A stretch of 64,000 nt of DNA from an uncultured Bacillota bacterium (lineage in GTDB: Bacteria; Bacillota_I; Bacilli_A; Erysipelotrichales; Erysipelotrichaceae): positions 4,057-68,056 of the forward strand of contig CALFPO010000026.1 of the NCBI GenBank assembly GCA_937919165.1, given 5' to 3'. Shown here piece by piece: positions 34,881 to 44,157 of this stretch (positions are counted from its first letter, which is position 1; each line of letters starts with the position of its first letter). The position numbers and the translations under genes are program-made. The notes under the pieces are model-generated. The model had not been told where the DNA came from, ran no database searches, and was given only the letters and a program-made list of their open reading frames with translations.

Positions 34881-36496
34881 TGAAAAAGAAGAGTCTGGCA
34901 ATTCTGTTCATCGCATTATCCATATTGGTAATTGGGCTGTTTTTTGGCATGGAGAATCATGGTGTTCCTACCTATGTTGAACAGTTCTCTTCATTATGCA
35001 TTGAAGATGCAGACTCTATACGTTCCGGAAAAGACAGAACCAATTCGCTTAAGGCTGATCTTTCTTTCAATGGCTTCCAGCTTTTCTACGATCGAAAGGA
35101 CAACAACTATTTCTATTCCCTTCAGGAAGGCAACAGCTTTGCGTATGATCCGCTTGTCATGTGGCAATCAAGCAATATTAAGGTTGCCTTTGAAGGAAAC
35201 GGAATAAATGACGAAACAATCAAGAATAACGAAACAAATACAATAATCCTATACAACGACAAGCAATACAGCGAATATAAATTGACCTGCACAACCTTGC
35301 CGATCATCAATATCGATATGTTCGAAGATGATTTTGGCTCTAACTACAGCGATTGCACCTTCACCATTTTTGACAATAGATCAGGTGATGATGGCAAATG
35401 CGAACAGTATGAAGGAAAGGTGAGAATCAGAGGCGGATCTACTGGCGATCTGCCAAAGCCTGGACTAAGAATCGAGCTTGATAGTGTACTGAAGGGCGAC
35501 AACAATAAGGACGAAAAGAAGTACGATTTGTTTGGCTTGGAGCCTGACAATGAATATGTAATATATACATCAAACGTTGAGAAGGATTTTGTCAGAAACG
35601 TCTTTTCCACCAATCTTTGGTATGACACGTGCGCTGACGACAATATGTTTGGAATAAAAGCCGGAATGTCATACAAGTATGTTGAATTATTTAAGAACAA
35701 CGAGTATTGGGGACTATGCGCAATCGGCAATCCTATAAGCAAGAAGAGGGGCTATGTCGATCTTGATCCAAAATCAGACAAGTATCCATTGGAGAACATA
35801 TACAAGTGCAATTTCGTTGGTGACGAATCCATTCTTGATATAGAAAAATCTGGAGCAGATAATAGTTTCTTTTCGAAGACAAATATAGATGTTGATGGTT
35901 CCAGAAAGCCTTTATATGACTATTTCAAAACCATAATCTATTCTAATAATGCCGATGAATTGCGTGATTGCGCCGATATGGATAATGCCATTGACATATT
36001 TCTGTTCTACAATCTCATTCAAGGCTGGGATAATTCCTGGCTAGAAGAAGGGAAAGTAAAGCTAAGGAATACATATCTTATTTCAAAAGTATGTGATTCC
36101 GGAACCAAGATACTCTTTGTGCCATGGGATCTTGATAGAACGTGGGGCAAAGAAGCCGGTGCTACAGATAATCTTATGGACTATACGAAGAATTATGATG
36201 TCTTGGCAAATCCAGTCGAAAAATTATTGCTTCATAAAGACGAAGACATCAAAGATGAAGTGCTTGAAAAATACCGCAATTATAGAAGCAACGAGTGGTC
36301 TGATGATGAAATCATGAGCCTTTTGAATAAATATGAAAAGGAAATATATTGTTCCGGAGCTTTTGCAAGAGATTGCCTAAGATGGCCGGATAATGAACAT
36401 GATTCTGACGTGAATCTTGATGTTTTTAAAGAATATGTAATTAATAGGCTCCATTATTTTGACGAGTACATTGAGACCAAAATGGTTTCAGAATGA
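34880..36496 (+). CDS. CotH-family (atypical kinase fold) protein with N-terminal signal anchor
   Basis: 538 aa. N-terminus 'MKKKSLAILFIALSILVIGLFFG'. CotH blocks 'YVELFKNNEYWGLCAIGNP' and 'ILFVPWDLDRTWGKE'. Confidence 0.8.
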   Translation: MKKKSLAILFIALSILVIGLFFGMENHGVPTYVEQFSSLCIEDADSIRSGKDRTNSLKADLSFNGFQLFYDRKDNNYFYSLQEGNSFAYDPLVMWQSSNIKVAFEGNGINDETIKNNETNTIILYNDKQYSEYKLTCTTLPIINIDMFEDDFGSNYSDCTFTIFDNRSGDDGKCEQYEGKVRIRGGSTGDLPKPGLRIELDSVLKGDNNKDEKKYDLFGLEPDNEYVIYTSNVEKDFVRNVFSTNLWYDTCADDNMFGIKAGMSYKYVELFKNNEYWGLCAIGNPISKKRGYVDLDPKSDKYPLENIYKCNFVGDESILDIEKSGADNSFFSKTNIDVDGSRKPLYDYFKTIIYSNNADELRDCADMDNAIDIFLFYNLIQGWDNSWLEEGKVKLRNTYLISKVCDSGTKILFVPWDLDRTWGKEAGATDNLMDYTKNYDVLANPVEKLLLHKDEDIKDEVLEKYRNYRSNEWSDDEIMSLLNKYEKEIYCSGAFARDCLRWPDNEHDSDVNLDVFKEYVINRLHYFDEYIETKMVSE

Positions 36497-36502
36497 ATGA
36501 GA

Positions 36503-36511
36503 TGATATAAT
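36503..36511 (+). promoter_or_regulatory. Candidate extended -10 promoter (TGATATAAT) upstream of fnlA
   Basis: A perfect TGnTATAAT lies 35 nt upstream of ATG 36546. GGAGG RBS at 36531-36535. Confidence 0.45.
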
Positions 36512-36545
36512 TTTCTTAGAATCCTAACAAGGAGGATTGTTTATT

Positions 36546-37562
36546 ATGTTCAAGAATAAGGTATTGCTTATTACCGGCGGAACGGGTTCATTCGGTAACG
36601 CCGTAACAAAGAGATTTTTGACTACGGATATAAAAGAGATAAGAATTCTCTCTCGTGACGAGAAGAAGCAGGATGATATGCGTCATGAGTATCAGCAGAA
36701 ATATCCAAAGTTTGCCGATAAACTCAAGTTTTTCATCGGCGATGTTCGTGACTACAAATCAATAGAATATGCATTTAAGGGTGTAGACTATGTCTTCCAT
36801 GCGGCAGCGCTGAAGCAGGTCCCTTCATGTGAGTTCTATCCGATTGAAGCAGTAAAGACCAATGTGCTTGGTTCTGATAATGTAATCGATGCATGTGTTA
36901 AGAATGGCGTAAAGAAGGCTATCTTCCTTTCTACCGATAAGGCTGCCTATCCAATCAATGCTATGGGCATGACAAAGGCTTTGATGGAAAAGAATGTCAT
37001 TGCCAGATCAAGACAGCTGCAGAAGGGCGATACTGTTCTATGTCTTACAAGATATGGAAACGTCATGGCATCAAGAGGAAGCGTAATTCCGCTGTTTGTT
37101 GAACAGATTGAAAACAATCAGCCAGTGACAGTGACAAATCCTGACATGACCAGATACATGATGACTCTTGATGAGGCTGTTGAACTGGTGCTGTTCGCTT
37201 TTGAGAACGGAAATCAGGGAGATCTGTTTGTTCAGAAAGCACCAGCAGCAACAATTGGAACTTTAGCTCAGGCTGTTGTTGAACTCAAGGGCAACAAGGA
37301 CACAAAGATCGTAAACATCGGTACTAGACATGGCGAGAAATTATATGAAGTGCTCGTCACAAAAGAGGACATGGTGAAGGCTGAGGATCTTGGCGACTAC
37401 TATCGCATTCCAGCCGACAATAGGGACCTCAATTACGACAGATATATCGAAAAAGGCACAAAGAAACTTGATGAAGGAAAAGAATATAATTCCCACAATA
37501 CAAAACGTCTAGATGTAGATGGAATGAAGAAGCTTCTGAAGAAGCTTGACATGTTCAATTAG
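36546..37562 (+). CDS. fnlA: UDP-GlcNAc 4,6-dehydratase/5-epimerase (FnlA/CapE/WbjB)
   Basis: 'VLLITGGTGSFGNAVTKRFL' and 'MGMTKALMEK'. About 338 aa. The track start 36537 is a TTG; ATG 36546 has better RBS spacing. Confidence 0.9.
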   Translation: MFKNKVLLITGGTGSFGNAVTKRFLTTDIKEIRILSRDEKKQDDMRHEYQQKYPKFADKLKFFIGDVRDYKSIEYAFKGVDYVFHAAALKQVPSCEFYPIEAVKTNVLGSDNVIDACVKNGVKKAIFLSTDKAAYPINAMGMTKALMEKNVIARSRQLQKGDTVLCLTRYGNVMASRGSVIPLFVEQIENNQPVTVTNPDMTRYMMTLDEAVELVLFAFENGNQGDLFVQKAPAATIGTLAQAVVELKGNKDTKIVNIGTRHGEKLYEVLVTKEDMVKAEDLGDYYRIPADNRDLNYDRYIEKGTKKLDEGKEYNSHNTKRLDVDGMKKLLKKLDMFN

Positions 37563-37571
37563 GGGTGAATT

Positions 37572-38771
37572 ATGAAAATTTTAGTAACAGGGGCCAATGG
37601 CTTTGTCGGCAGGAATCTCGTTCTAGCATTAAAGGAATTGGCTCTAGGAAACGATCGCACCAGACCCAATCTAAAGATCGATGCAATCTTTCCTTATGAC
37701 ATCGGATTGAATGAAAAATATCTTGAGGATTTCTGCAAGAACTGCGATTTCGTATTCAATCTGGCTGGCGTCAACAGACCGAGCGATCCAAAAGAATATA
37801 TGGATGGCAACTTCGGTTTTCTGGCCAAGATCGTAAAGATCCTTATTGCGAACAAGCATACAGTTCCTATCATGCTATCAAGTTCAATCCAGGCATCTAT
37901 GACCGGAAGATACGCAGGAAGCGAATATGGAAAATCAAAGGCAGCCGCTGAACAGCTGGCTTTCCAATATGCCCAGAAGTTCAATACGAAAGCTTTTGTA
38001 TATCGCTTTCCTAACCTCTTCGGCAAATGTTGCAAACCTAACTACAACAGTGCAGTAGCGACATTTTGCTATAATTACGCACATGATTTACCTATACAGG
38101 TAAACGATCCAAATGTTGAGCTTGAACTGTTATATATCGATGATCTCATCAAGGCAATGCTGGATATGCTTGAAGGATATACATATCGTTGTGAATATAA
38201 CGGATTAGATCTTATCTACAACAAGGCTGGAAGATACTGCTTCTGTCCTGTGACACATAAGGTTACTCTTAAGGAGATTGTTGAAGACCTTGAGTTGTTC
38301 AAGTATCAGCCAGAATCTCTGCTGATGGCTCCGCTTGAGGAAGGAAGCTTCACCAAGAAGCTGTATTCTACTTATCTTAGCTATCTGCCTGCTGAGAAGA
38401 CCATATTTGATCTGAAGACAAACGTCGATACCAGAGGCTCATTCACCGAAATACTCAAGACGGTTGATGGTGGACAGTTCAGCGTGAATATTTCAAAGCC
38501 GGGAGTTACTAAGGGTCAGCATTTCCATAACAGCAAGTGGGAATTCTTCATTGTTGTCAAAGGTAGAGCCCTGATTCAGGAAAGAAACCTTTTGAATAAT
38601 GAATTATATCAGTTCCAGGTGAGCGGCGATAAGCTGCAGGCGGTGCATATGCTTCCTGGATATACCCATAAGATCGTCAATCTTGACCAGTCAAGGGAAC
38701 TGATTACTTTGATGTGGGCCAATGAGATGTTTGACCAGGAAAGACCAGATACATTCCACGAGGAGGTTTAG
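37572..38771 (+). CDS. fnlB: FnlB/CapF-type bifunctional reductase/epimerase (SDR plus C-terminal cupin)
   Basis: 'KILVTGANGFVGRNLV' N-terminal SDR and C-terminal cupin 'GQHFHNSKWEFFIVVKG'. Lies between the fnlA and fnlC homologues. Confidence 0.8.
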   Translation: MKILVTGANGFVGRNLVLALKELALGNDRTRPNLKIDAIFPYDIGLNEKYLEDFCKNCDFVFNLAGVNRPSDPKEYMDGNFGFLAKIVKILIANKHTVPIMLSSSIQASMTGRYAGSEYGKSKAAAEQLAFQYAQKFNTKAFVYRFPNLFGKCCKPNYNSAVATFCYNYAHDLPIQVNDPNVELELLYIDDLIKAMLDMLEGYTYRCEYNGLDLIYNKAGRYCFCPVTHKVTLKEIVEDLELFKYQPESLLMAPLEEGSFTKKLYSTYLSYLPAEKTIFDLKTNVDTRGSFTEILKTVDGGQFSVNISKPGVTKGQHFHNSKWEFFIVVKGRALIQERNLLNNELYQFQVSGDKLQAVHMLPGYTHKIVNLDQSRELITLMWANEMFDQERPDTFHEEV

Positions 38772-38773
38772 CT

Positions 38774-39916
38774 ATGAACAAACTTAAGCTGATGATAATT
38801 GTCGGAACTAGACCAGAAATAATCAGATTATCGGAAGTGATCAAGAAGTGTGACAAGTATTTCAATACCGTTCTTGTCCATACCGGACAGAATTATGATT
38901 ATGAACTCAATGGCATATTCTTTAAGGAATTAGGATTGAAGGATCCTGATTATTATCTTGATGCAGTTGGCGATGACCTTGGATCGACAATCGGCAATAT
39001 CATCGATAAGTCATATAAACTGATGGTCAAGATCAAACCTGATGCCTTGCTGGTACTGGGAGATACAAATAGCTGCTTAAGCGTAATTGGAGCTAAGCGT
39101 CTGCATATACCTATATTCCATATGGAAGCAGGCAATAGGTGCTTCGATGAATGTTTGCCTGAAGAAACAAACAGAAGAATTGTCGACATCATTTCTGATG
39201 TGAACATGTGCTATTCTGAGCACGCCAGAAGATATCTGAATGCTTCCGCAGTCGCAAAGGAAAGAACATATGTTACAGGTTCGCCTATGGCAGAAGTGCT
39301 CAATGCTCATATCAAGGACATTGAAGCAAGCGACATCCTTAACGAACTTAATCTTGAAGCAGGCAAATATATTCTGTTGAGCGCCCATCGTGAAGAGAAT
39401 ATCGATACTGATGAGAATTTCTTGTCATTATTCAATGCGATAAACAAGATAGCCGAAACATACGATGTTCCTATTCTATATTCGTGCCATCCAAGAAGCG
39501 CGAAGAAACTCAAGGAAAAGAAGTTCAAGCTTGATAAACGTGTCATCATGCATAAGCCATTAGGTTTCCTTGACTACAATAAGCTGCAGATGAATGCCAT
39601 GTGCGTCGTATCCGATAGCGGAACTCTGCCAGAAGAATCGACATACTTCAACAGCATCGGCAAGCCATTCCCTGCAGTTGCCATAAGGACATCTACTGAA
39701 AGGCCTGAAGCAATAGATAAGGGCAACTTCATTCTTTCCGGCATTACAGAAAAAGAAGTTCTGCAGTCTGTCAAAGTTGCCATCGCCATGAACAAGAGTG
39801 GTGATTTTGGTGTCGATGTTCCAGACTATAGCGACATGAATGTTTCTAGCAAGGTAGTGAAGATCATCCAATCATACACAGGAATCGTTGACAGGATGGT
39901 TTGGAGGAAGCACTGA
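38774..39916 (+). CDS. fnlC: UDP-2-acetamido-2,6-dideoxy-L-talose 2-epimerase (FnlC/CapG; non-hydrolysing 2-epimerase family)
   Basis: 'MIIVGTRPEIIRLSEV' N-terminus typical of WecB/FnlC epimerases. 380 aa. Confidence 0.85.
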   Translation: MNKLKLMIIVGTRPEIIRLSEVIKKCDKYFNTVLVHTGQNYDYELNGIFFKELGLKDPDYYLDAVGDDLGSTIGNIIDKSYKLMVKIKPDALLVLGDTNSCLSVIGAKRLHIPIFHMEAGNRCFDECLPEETNRRIVDIISDVNMCYSEHARRYLNASAVAKERTYVTGSPMAEVLNAHIKDIEASDILNELNLEAGKYILLSAHREENIDTDENFLSLFNAINKIAETYDVPILYSCHPRSAKKLKEKKFKLDKRVIMHKPLGFLDYNKLQMNAMCVVSDSGTLPEESTYFNSIGKPFPAVAIRTSTERPEAIDKGNFILSGITEKEVLQSVKVAIAMNKSGDFGVDVPDYSDMNVSSKVVKIIQSYTGIVDRMVWRKH

Positions 39917-41013
39917 TGAAGATTATTCCCAACAATCTTCAAAGACAGTATGAGCTTCATGCCGATGAATACAAAAAGAAGGCCTGTGAGGTACTAGACA
40001 CAGGCTGGTATGTCTTGGGCAAGGAAGTTGAAGAATTCGAAAAAGAATTCGCATCATATATTGGATGCAAGCATTGCGTCGGTTTGGCAAGCGGACTGGA
40101 TGCTCTAGAGATTGCGTTTAGAGTATTAGGCTGCGGACAAGACGATGAAGTGATTGTCTGTTCCAATGCCTATATAGCATGTGTTATGGGCATCAGCATG
40201 AACGGAGCTACTCCGGTCTTTGTTGAACCTGATGAATACGACAATATCGATGCCGATAAGATTGAGGAAAAGATAACAGATAGGACCAAGGCTATTCTTG
40301 CGGTTCACCTATATGGCCAATCATGCGATATGACTAAGATTATGGATATCGCAAGAAGACATGATCTGAAGGTTGTCGAAGATTGTGCACAATCTCATGG
40401 CACAACCTGGAATGGCAAGAAGTGCGGCACCTTTGGTGACATATCATGTTTCTCGTTCTATCCAACCAAAAATCTTGGTGCCTTTGGCGATGGCGGAGCA
40501 GCTATGACCGACAACGATGAATACGCAAGGCAGTTCAGGATGATCAGAAACTATGGCAGCGCCGTTCATTACAAGAATGAGGTTGTAGGTTTAAACTCAA
40601 GACTCGACGAGCTTCAGGCGGGATTGTTGAGAGTCAAGCTCAAGTATCTTGATGAACTCAACGAAGAGAAGCAAAGAATCGCAAAAAGATATGATGAAGA
40701 AATCAAGAATCCTTTGATTAGACCATTAGGAACCAGACCTGGTTCCAACAATATCTATCATCAGTATGTCATCCATTGCGAAAAGAGAGACGAGCTGATG
40801 GATTATCTTAAGGAATATGAGATCGGTTCGATAATCCACTATCCTATTCCTTCTCATCTTCAGAAGGCTTATGAGTATCTGGGATATAAAGAAGGCGATT
40901 TCCCTATCGCGGAAAAGTACGCCAAGGAAGTTCTCAGCATTCCTATGTATAATGGAATGAGCAAGGAAGAACAGGATTTCGTAATCGAGAAGATAAACAG
41001 TTTCAAAGGGTAA
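39916..41013 (+). CDS. DegT-family aminotransferase, FdtB/QdtB-like (dTDP-3-keto-6-deoxyhexose 3-aminotransferase)
   Basis: PLP-lysine block 'CFSFYPTKNLGAFGDGGAAMT'. ATG 39916 overlaps the fnlC stop (TGATG) with a GGAGGAAG RBS; the track start 39901 is a TTG. Paired with a 3,4-ketoisomerase gene. Confidence 0.8.
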   Translation: MKIIPNNLQRQYELHADEYKKKACEVLDTGWYVLGKEVEEFEKEFASYIGCKHCVGLASGLDALEIAFRVLGCGQDDEVIVCSNAYIACVMGISMNGATPVFVEPDEYDNIDADKIEEKITDRTKAILAVHLYGQSCDMTKIMDIARRHDLKVVEDCAQSHGTTWNGKKCGTFGDISCFSFYPTKNLGAFGDGGAAMTDNDEYARQFRMIRNYGSAVHYKNEVVGLNSRLDELQAGLLRVKLKYLDELNEEKQRIAKRYDEEIKNPLIRPLGTRPGSNNIYHQYVIHCEKRDELMDYLKEYEIGSIIHYPIPSHLQKAYEYLGYKEGDFPIAEKYAKEVLSIPMYNGMSKEEQDFVIEKINSFKG

Positions 41014-41017
41014 GAGT

Positions 41018-41428
41018 ATGTTGAAAGATAGATGCAAGATATTGGAGTTTGGGGATCTAGGAGACGAAAGAGGAAAGCTTGTTGTCATTGAAGGCAACAG
41101 AGACATTCCTTTCGATATTCAAAGAGTCTTCTATATCTATGGCTCCGATGATACGGTCGTTAGAGGAAAGCACGCAAACCGCGAATCGGAATTCGTGCTT
41201 ATCAACGTTTCCGGAACATCAAAGGTGAGAATCACTGACGGAAAGGAAGAGTTCGTTGTCGAACTGAACAGACCGATGATGGGCGTATATATCCCAAGGA
41301 TGGTATGGAAGGATATGTACGACTTTTCTAGCGATTCTGTCCTTTTGGTTTTGGCATCAACGCACTATGATGGAAGCGAATATATCAGAGATTATGATGA
41401 ATATCTGAAAGAGATAAATGGAAAATAG
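41018..41428 (+). CDS. dTDP-4-keto-6-deoxyglucose 3,4-ketoisomerase (FdtA/QdtA, WxcM-like cupin)
   Basis: 136 aa. 'LGDERGKLVVIEGNRDIPFDIQRVFYIYG' is typical of FdtA/QdtA. I cannot separate Fuc3N from Qui3N stereochemistry. Confidence 0.8.
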   Translation: MLKDRCKILEFGDLGDERGKLVVIEGNRDIPFDIQRVFYIYGSDDTVVRGKHANRESEFVLINVSGTSKVRITDGKEEFVVELNRPMMGVYIPRMVWKDMYDFSSDSVLLVLASTHYDGSEYIRDYDEYLKEINGK

Positions 41429-42395
41429 ATTAAATATTCTGTACACCTGCGACAATGCCTATCTGTCGCTTACCAGCATTTCAATGTCTTCAGTTATATA
41501 TAACAATCCAAAGTCATATATAACTTTTTATATTGCGACAGAGAGCGAAGACAGCGACAATTTCCGCAGACTGAAGGATTTCTATAAAGACAACAAGAAT
41601 ATCGAAATCAGATATTTTGATGCCAGGAAATATGATGTCTTGCTGGAAGAGAAGAAGCTTGATAGATGGGGAAGCAATTCCTACTATGTGTACTGGAAGA
41701 TGTATGCCTATGATTTCATGGATTGCGATTATGTATGGTATCTGGATTCTGATGTGATATGCATGAAAGAGATCGACAATCCCAAGATGGATAGACCGAT
41801 GGGCGGAGTACTGGATAGCGCCCACGCCATCTTCAACAAGGCAGCAAACATCCCGTTAGACTATTACCTGTACAATACTGGATCGCTGTTTGTGGATGTC
41901 AGGAAGTGGAAAGACAACAAGTGTAGTCAGAAGGTTTTGGATTATGTCAAAGATATGAAGCATAAGCCTCTTCTGTGCGACGAGGACATATTGTCCATAG
42001 CGCTGCAGAATGATATTGAGCTTCTGAATCCTAAATATGATTATCTGGTTGGCTACGACTATTATGGTATCCATAATTCTTTTGAGATGTATTCGCTGGA
42101 TAAGAAACCTTTCTATAGCGAAAAGGAAATCGATGATGCAAAAAATGATATTGTCTTCTATCATTGCCTGGGTGGAGTGTTTGGCAGACCCTGGGAAGAA
42201 GACAATGAATCACCTGTAAAAGATGAATTCGAAAAGTATAGAGCTTTGAGTGCATGGCCTGATTATAGGACGCCAAGAAAGATGAGCACGCTGTTCAAGG
42301 TAGAGAAGTTCCTGGAGTTCTTGCCAAGAAAGCTCTACAACAAGGTCCATAATCTGGCAATCAAGAAATACCTGGAAAGGCAAGGGAACCAATGA
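41418..42395 (+). CDS. Glycosyltransferase family 8
   Basis: 'LNILYTCDNAYLSLTSIS' and DxD in 'VWYLDSDVICM'. Confidence 0.85.
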   Translation: MENRLNILYTCDNAYLSLTSISMSSVIYNNPKSYITFYIATESEDSDNFRRLKDFYKDNKNIEIRYFDARKYDVLLEEKKLDRWGSNSYYVYWKMYAYDFMDCDYVWYLDSDVICMKEIDNPKMDRPMGGVLDSAHAIFNKAANIPLDYYLYNTGSLFVDVRKWKDNKCSQKVLDYVKDMKHKPLLCDEDILSIALQNDIELLNPKYDYLVGYDYYGIHNSFEMYSLDKKPFYSEKEIDDAKNDIVFYHCLGGVFGRPWEEDNESPVKDEFEKYRALSAWPDYRTPRKMSTLFKVEKFLEFLPRKLYNKVHNLAIKKYLERQGNQ

Positions 42396-43471
42396 AGGTC
42401 TGTTGGCTGACAACCGTTCCTGCGCCATATACCATCAAGCTGTTCAATGAAGTCGGCAAGATTGTCGATCTTTATGTCGTGCTTAATGATGTCAGCGAAG
42501 CAAACAGAAACAGCGAATGGGTTGTTGATGGAGACAACAGTTTCAAGCTGTACAGGATAGGTTCTGGTTTCAGATCGATGATCAGAGATCTTGCCAAGAA
42601 ATGCGACATCCTTATTAATGGATTCTATCTATCGAAATATGGCTATATCGCCAGAAAGCAGTTCCACAAGGCTGGCAAGTTGACAGTGATGGCTGCCGAT
42701 GGCGGCATACCAAAGGATAGAGGGTTCATCATCAACGGTATCATGAGCTATCTCATGACCGGCCATGACTATTTCTTGAGTTCCAGCAGATACACCAATA
42801 GGTATTTTGAATTCTATAAGGTAAATCCTGATAAGATTCATCTATACCGTTTTACTTCATTGACTAAGGAAGATATCGAAAGAAACAGAAAGCTTGCAGA
42901 AAAGAAGAATGATTATCGCAAGAAGCTGGGAATCGATGATAAGTTTACTTTGATCAGTGTTGGACAGCCAATCAAGAGAAAAGGTTTTGATATCTTGTTG
43001 AATTCATATATCAAGAGCGGGTTGTCCGACAGGATCAATCTATATATAGTTGGAGGAGACCCTCAAGACGAAACAAGAAAGATCGTTGAGGACAATGGAC
43101 TTACTAATGTTCACTTCATTGGACTGATTAAATCTGATGAACTATCGGAATACTATGCTACAAGCGATGCTTTCATTCTGACAACCAGAGAAGATATCTG
43201 GGGTCTTGTGATTGAAGAGGCGATGTCATATGGACTGCCTGTCATCACCAGCGATAATTGCGTAGCAGGACTTCATTTTGCGGATCTGGGAAACAATACG
43301 CAGATTTGCGGCGTATATGATGAAGAAGGATATGCTAAGCAGATCAGAAATCTTTATGAACAACAAGAAAATATAGCAAAGATAAACAAAGAAGCATTGG
43401 ATGTAATAGAGGAATACAGCATAGAGAACAGTGCGAAGGACATTATTAATGCACTGGACAAAATGCTATAA
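42392..43471 (+). CDS. Glycosyltransferase family 4
   Basis: 'TTREDIWGLVIEEAMSYGLPVITSD' E-x7-E block. ATGA overlap upstream. Confidence 0.85.
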   Translation: MKVCWLTTVPAPYTIKLFNEVGKIVDLYVVLNDVSEANRNSEWVVDGDNSFKLYRIGSGFRSMIRDLAKKCDILINGFYLSKYGYIARKQFHKAGKLTVMAADGGIPKDRGFIINGIMSYLMTGHDYFLSSSRYTNRYFEFYKVNPDKIHLYRFTSLTKEDIERNRKLAEKKNDYRKKLGIDDKFTLISVGQPIKRKGFDILLNSYIKSGLSDRINLYIVGGDPQDETRKIVEDNGLTNVHFIGLIKSDELSEYYATSDAFILTTREDIWGLVIEEAMSYGLPVITSDNCVAGLHFADLGNNTQICGVYDEEGYAKQIRNLYEQQENIAKINKEALDVIEEYSIENSAKDIINALDKML

Positions 43472-44145
43472 TGGTTAAAGTGAAAACGTTGGTAATCATC
43501 CCTGCATTCAATGAGCAGGACAACATAGTGCCTTTGATAAAAGACATAACCAGTTACGGTTATGATTATTTGATAATAAATGACCATTCGACAGACAATA
43601 CGCCTTTGATATTGGATGAGAAGAAGTATAAGCATCTTGATCTTCCTATCAATGTCGGTCTAGCCGGAGTAACGCAGATTGGCTTCAAATATGCTCATGA
43701 TCATGAATATGATTGCGCCATATGTGTCGATGGCGATGGACAGCATCAGCCTTCATATGTCAAATCTCTGATAGATGAAATAGAGAATGGCTATGACTAT
43801 GTTGTCGGATCAAGATTCGTGACGGAAAAGAAGCCTGTATCGTTACGTATGGTCGGAAGCAGAATCCTGTGTTTCCTGATAAAGGTCAAGACACGCAAGA
43901 CGGTAACCGATCCGACCAGCGGAATGAGAGCGCTTGGAAGAAGCGTCATAGATGAGTTCAGCCGTTCAATGAATTTCTATGCTGAACCAGATGCAATGTG
44001 TCACATACTCAACAAGGGATATAAGGTAAAAGAGGTTCAGGTCGAGATGAAGGAAAGGGAAGCTGGCGTTTCCTATTTCCATAATCCGTTCAAGACCATC
44101 TATTATATGCTGAGTGTCATTCTATCGATTGTTTTCATTCAATAG
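43471..44145 (+). CDS. Glycosyltransferase family 2, DPM1/GtrB-like (candidate polyprenyl-phosphate sugar synthase)
   Basis: 'LVIIPAFNEQDNI', 'IINDHSTDNT' and 'ICVDGDGQHQP'. Short (224 aa) with a hydrophobic C-terminus. A DUF2304 gene follows. Confidence 0.8.
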   Translation: MVKVKTLVIIPAFNEQDNIVPLIKDITSYGYDYLIINDHSTDNTPLILDEKKYKHLDLPINVGLAGVTQIGFKYAHDHEYDCAICVDGDGQHQPSYVKSLIDEIENGYDYVVGSRFVTEKKPVSLRMVGSRILCFLIKVKTRKTVTDPTSGMRALGRSVIDEFSRSMNFYAEPDAMCHILNKGYKVKEVQVEMKEREAGVSYFHNPFKTIYYMLSVILSIVFIQ

Positions 44146-44157
44146 GAGAATAGTTAT

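Noticed and set aside
34880-36496. CotH homologue as a sporulation (spore-coat) gene.
   Set aside because: The protein has an N-terminal signal anchor, so it is probably exported. It is translationally coupled to VTC/DUF4956 and a flippase, and no other spore-coat genes are nearby. A vegetative envelope role fits the context better.
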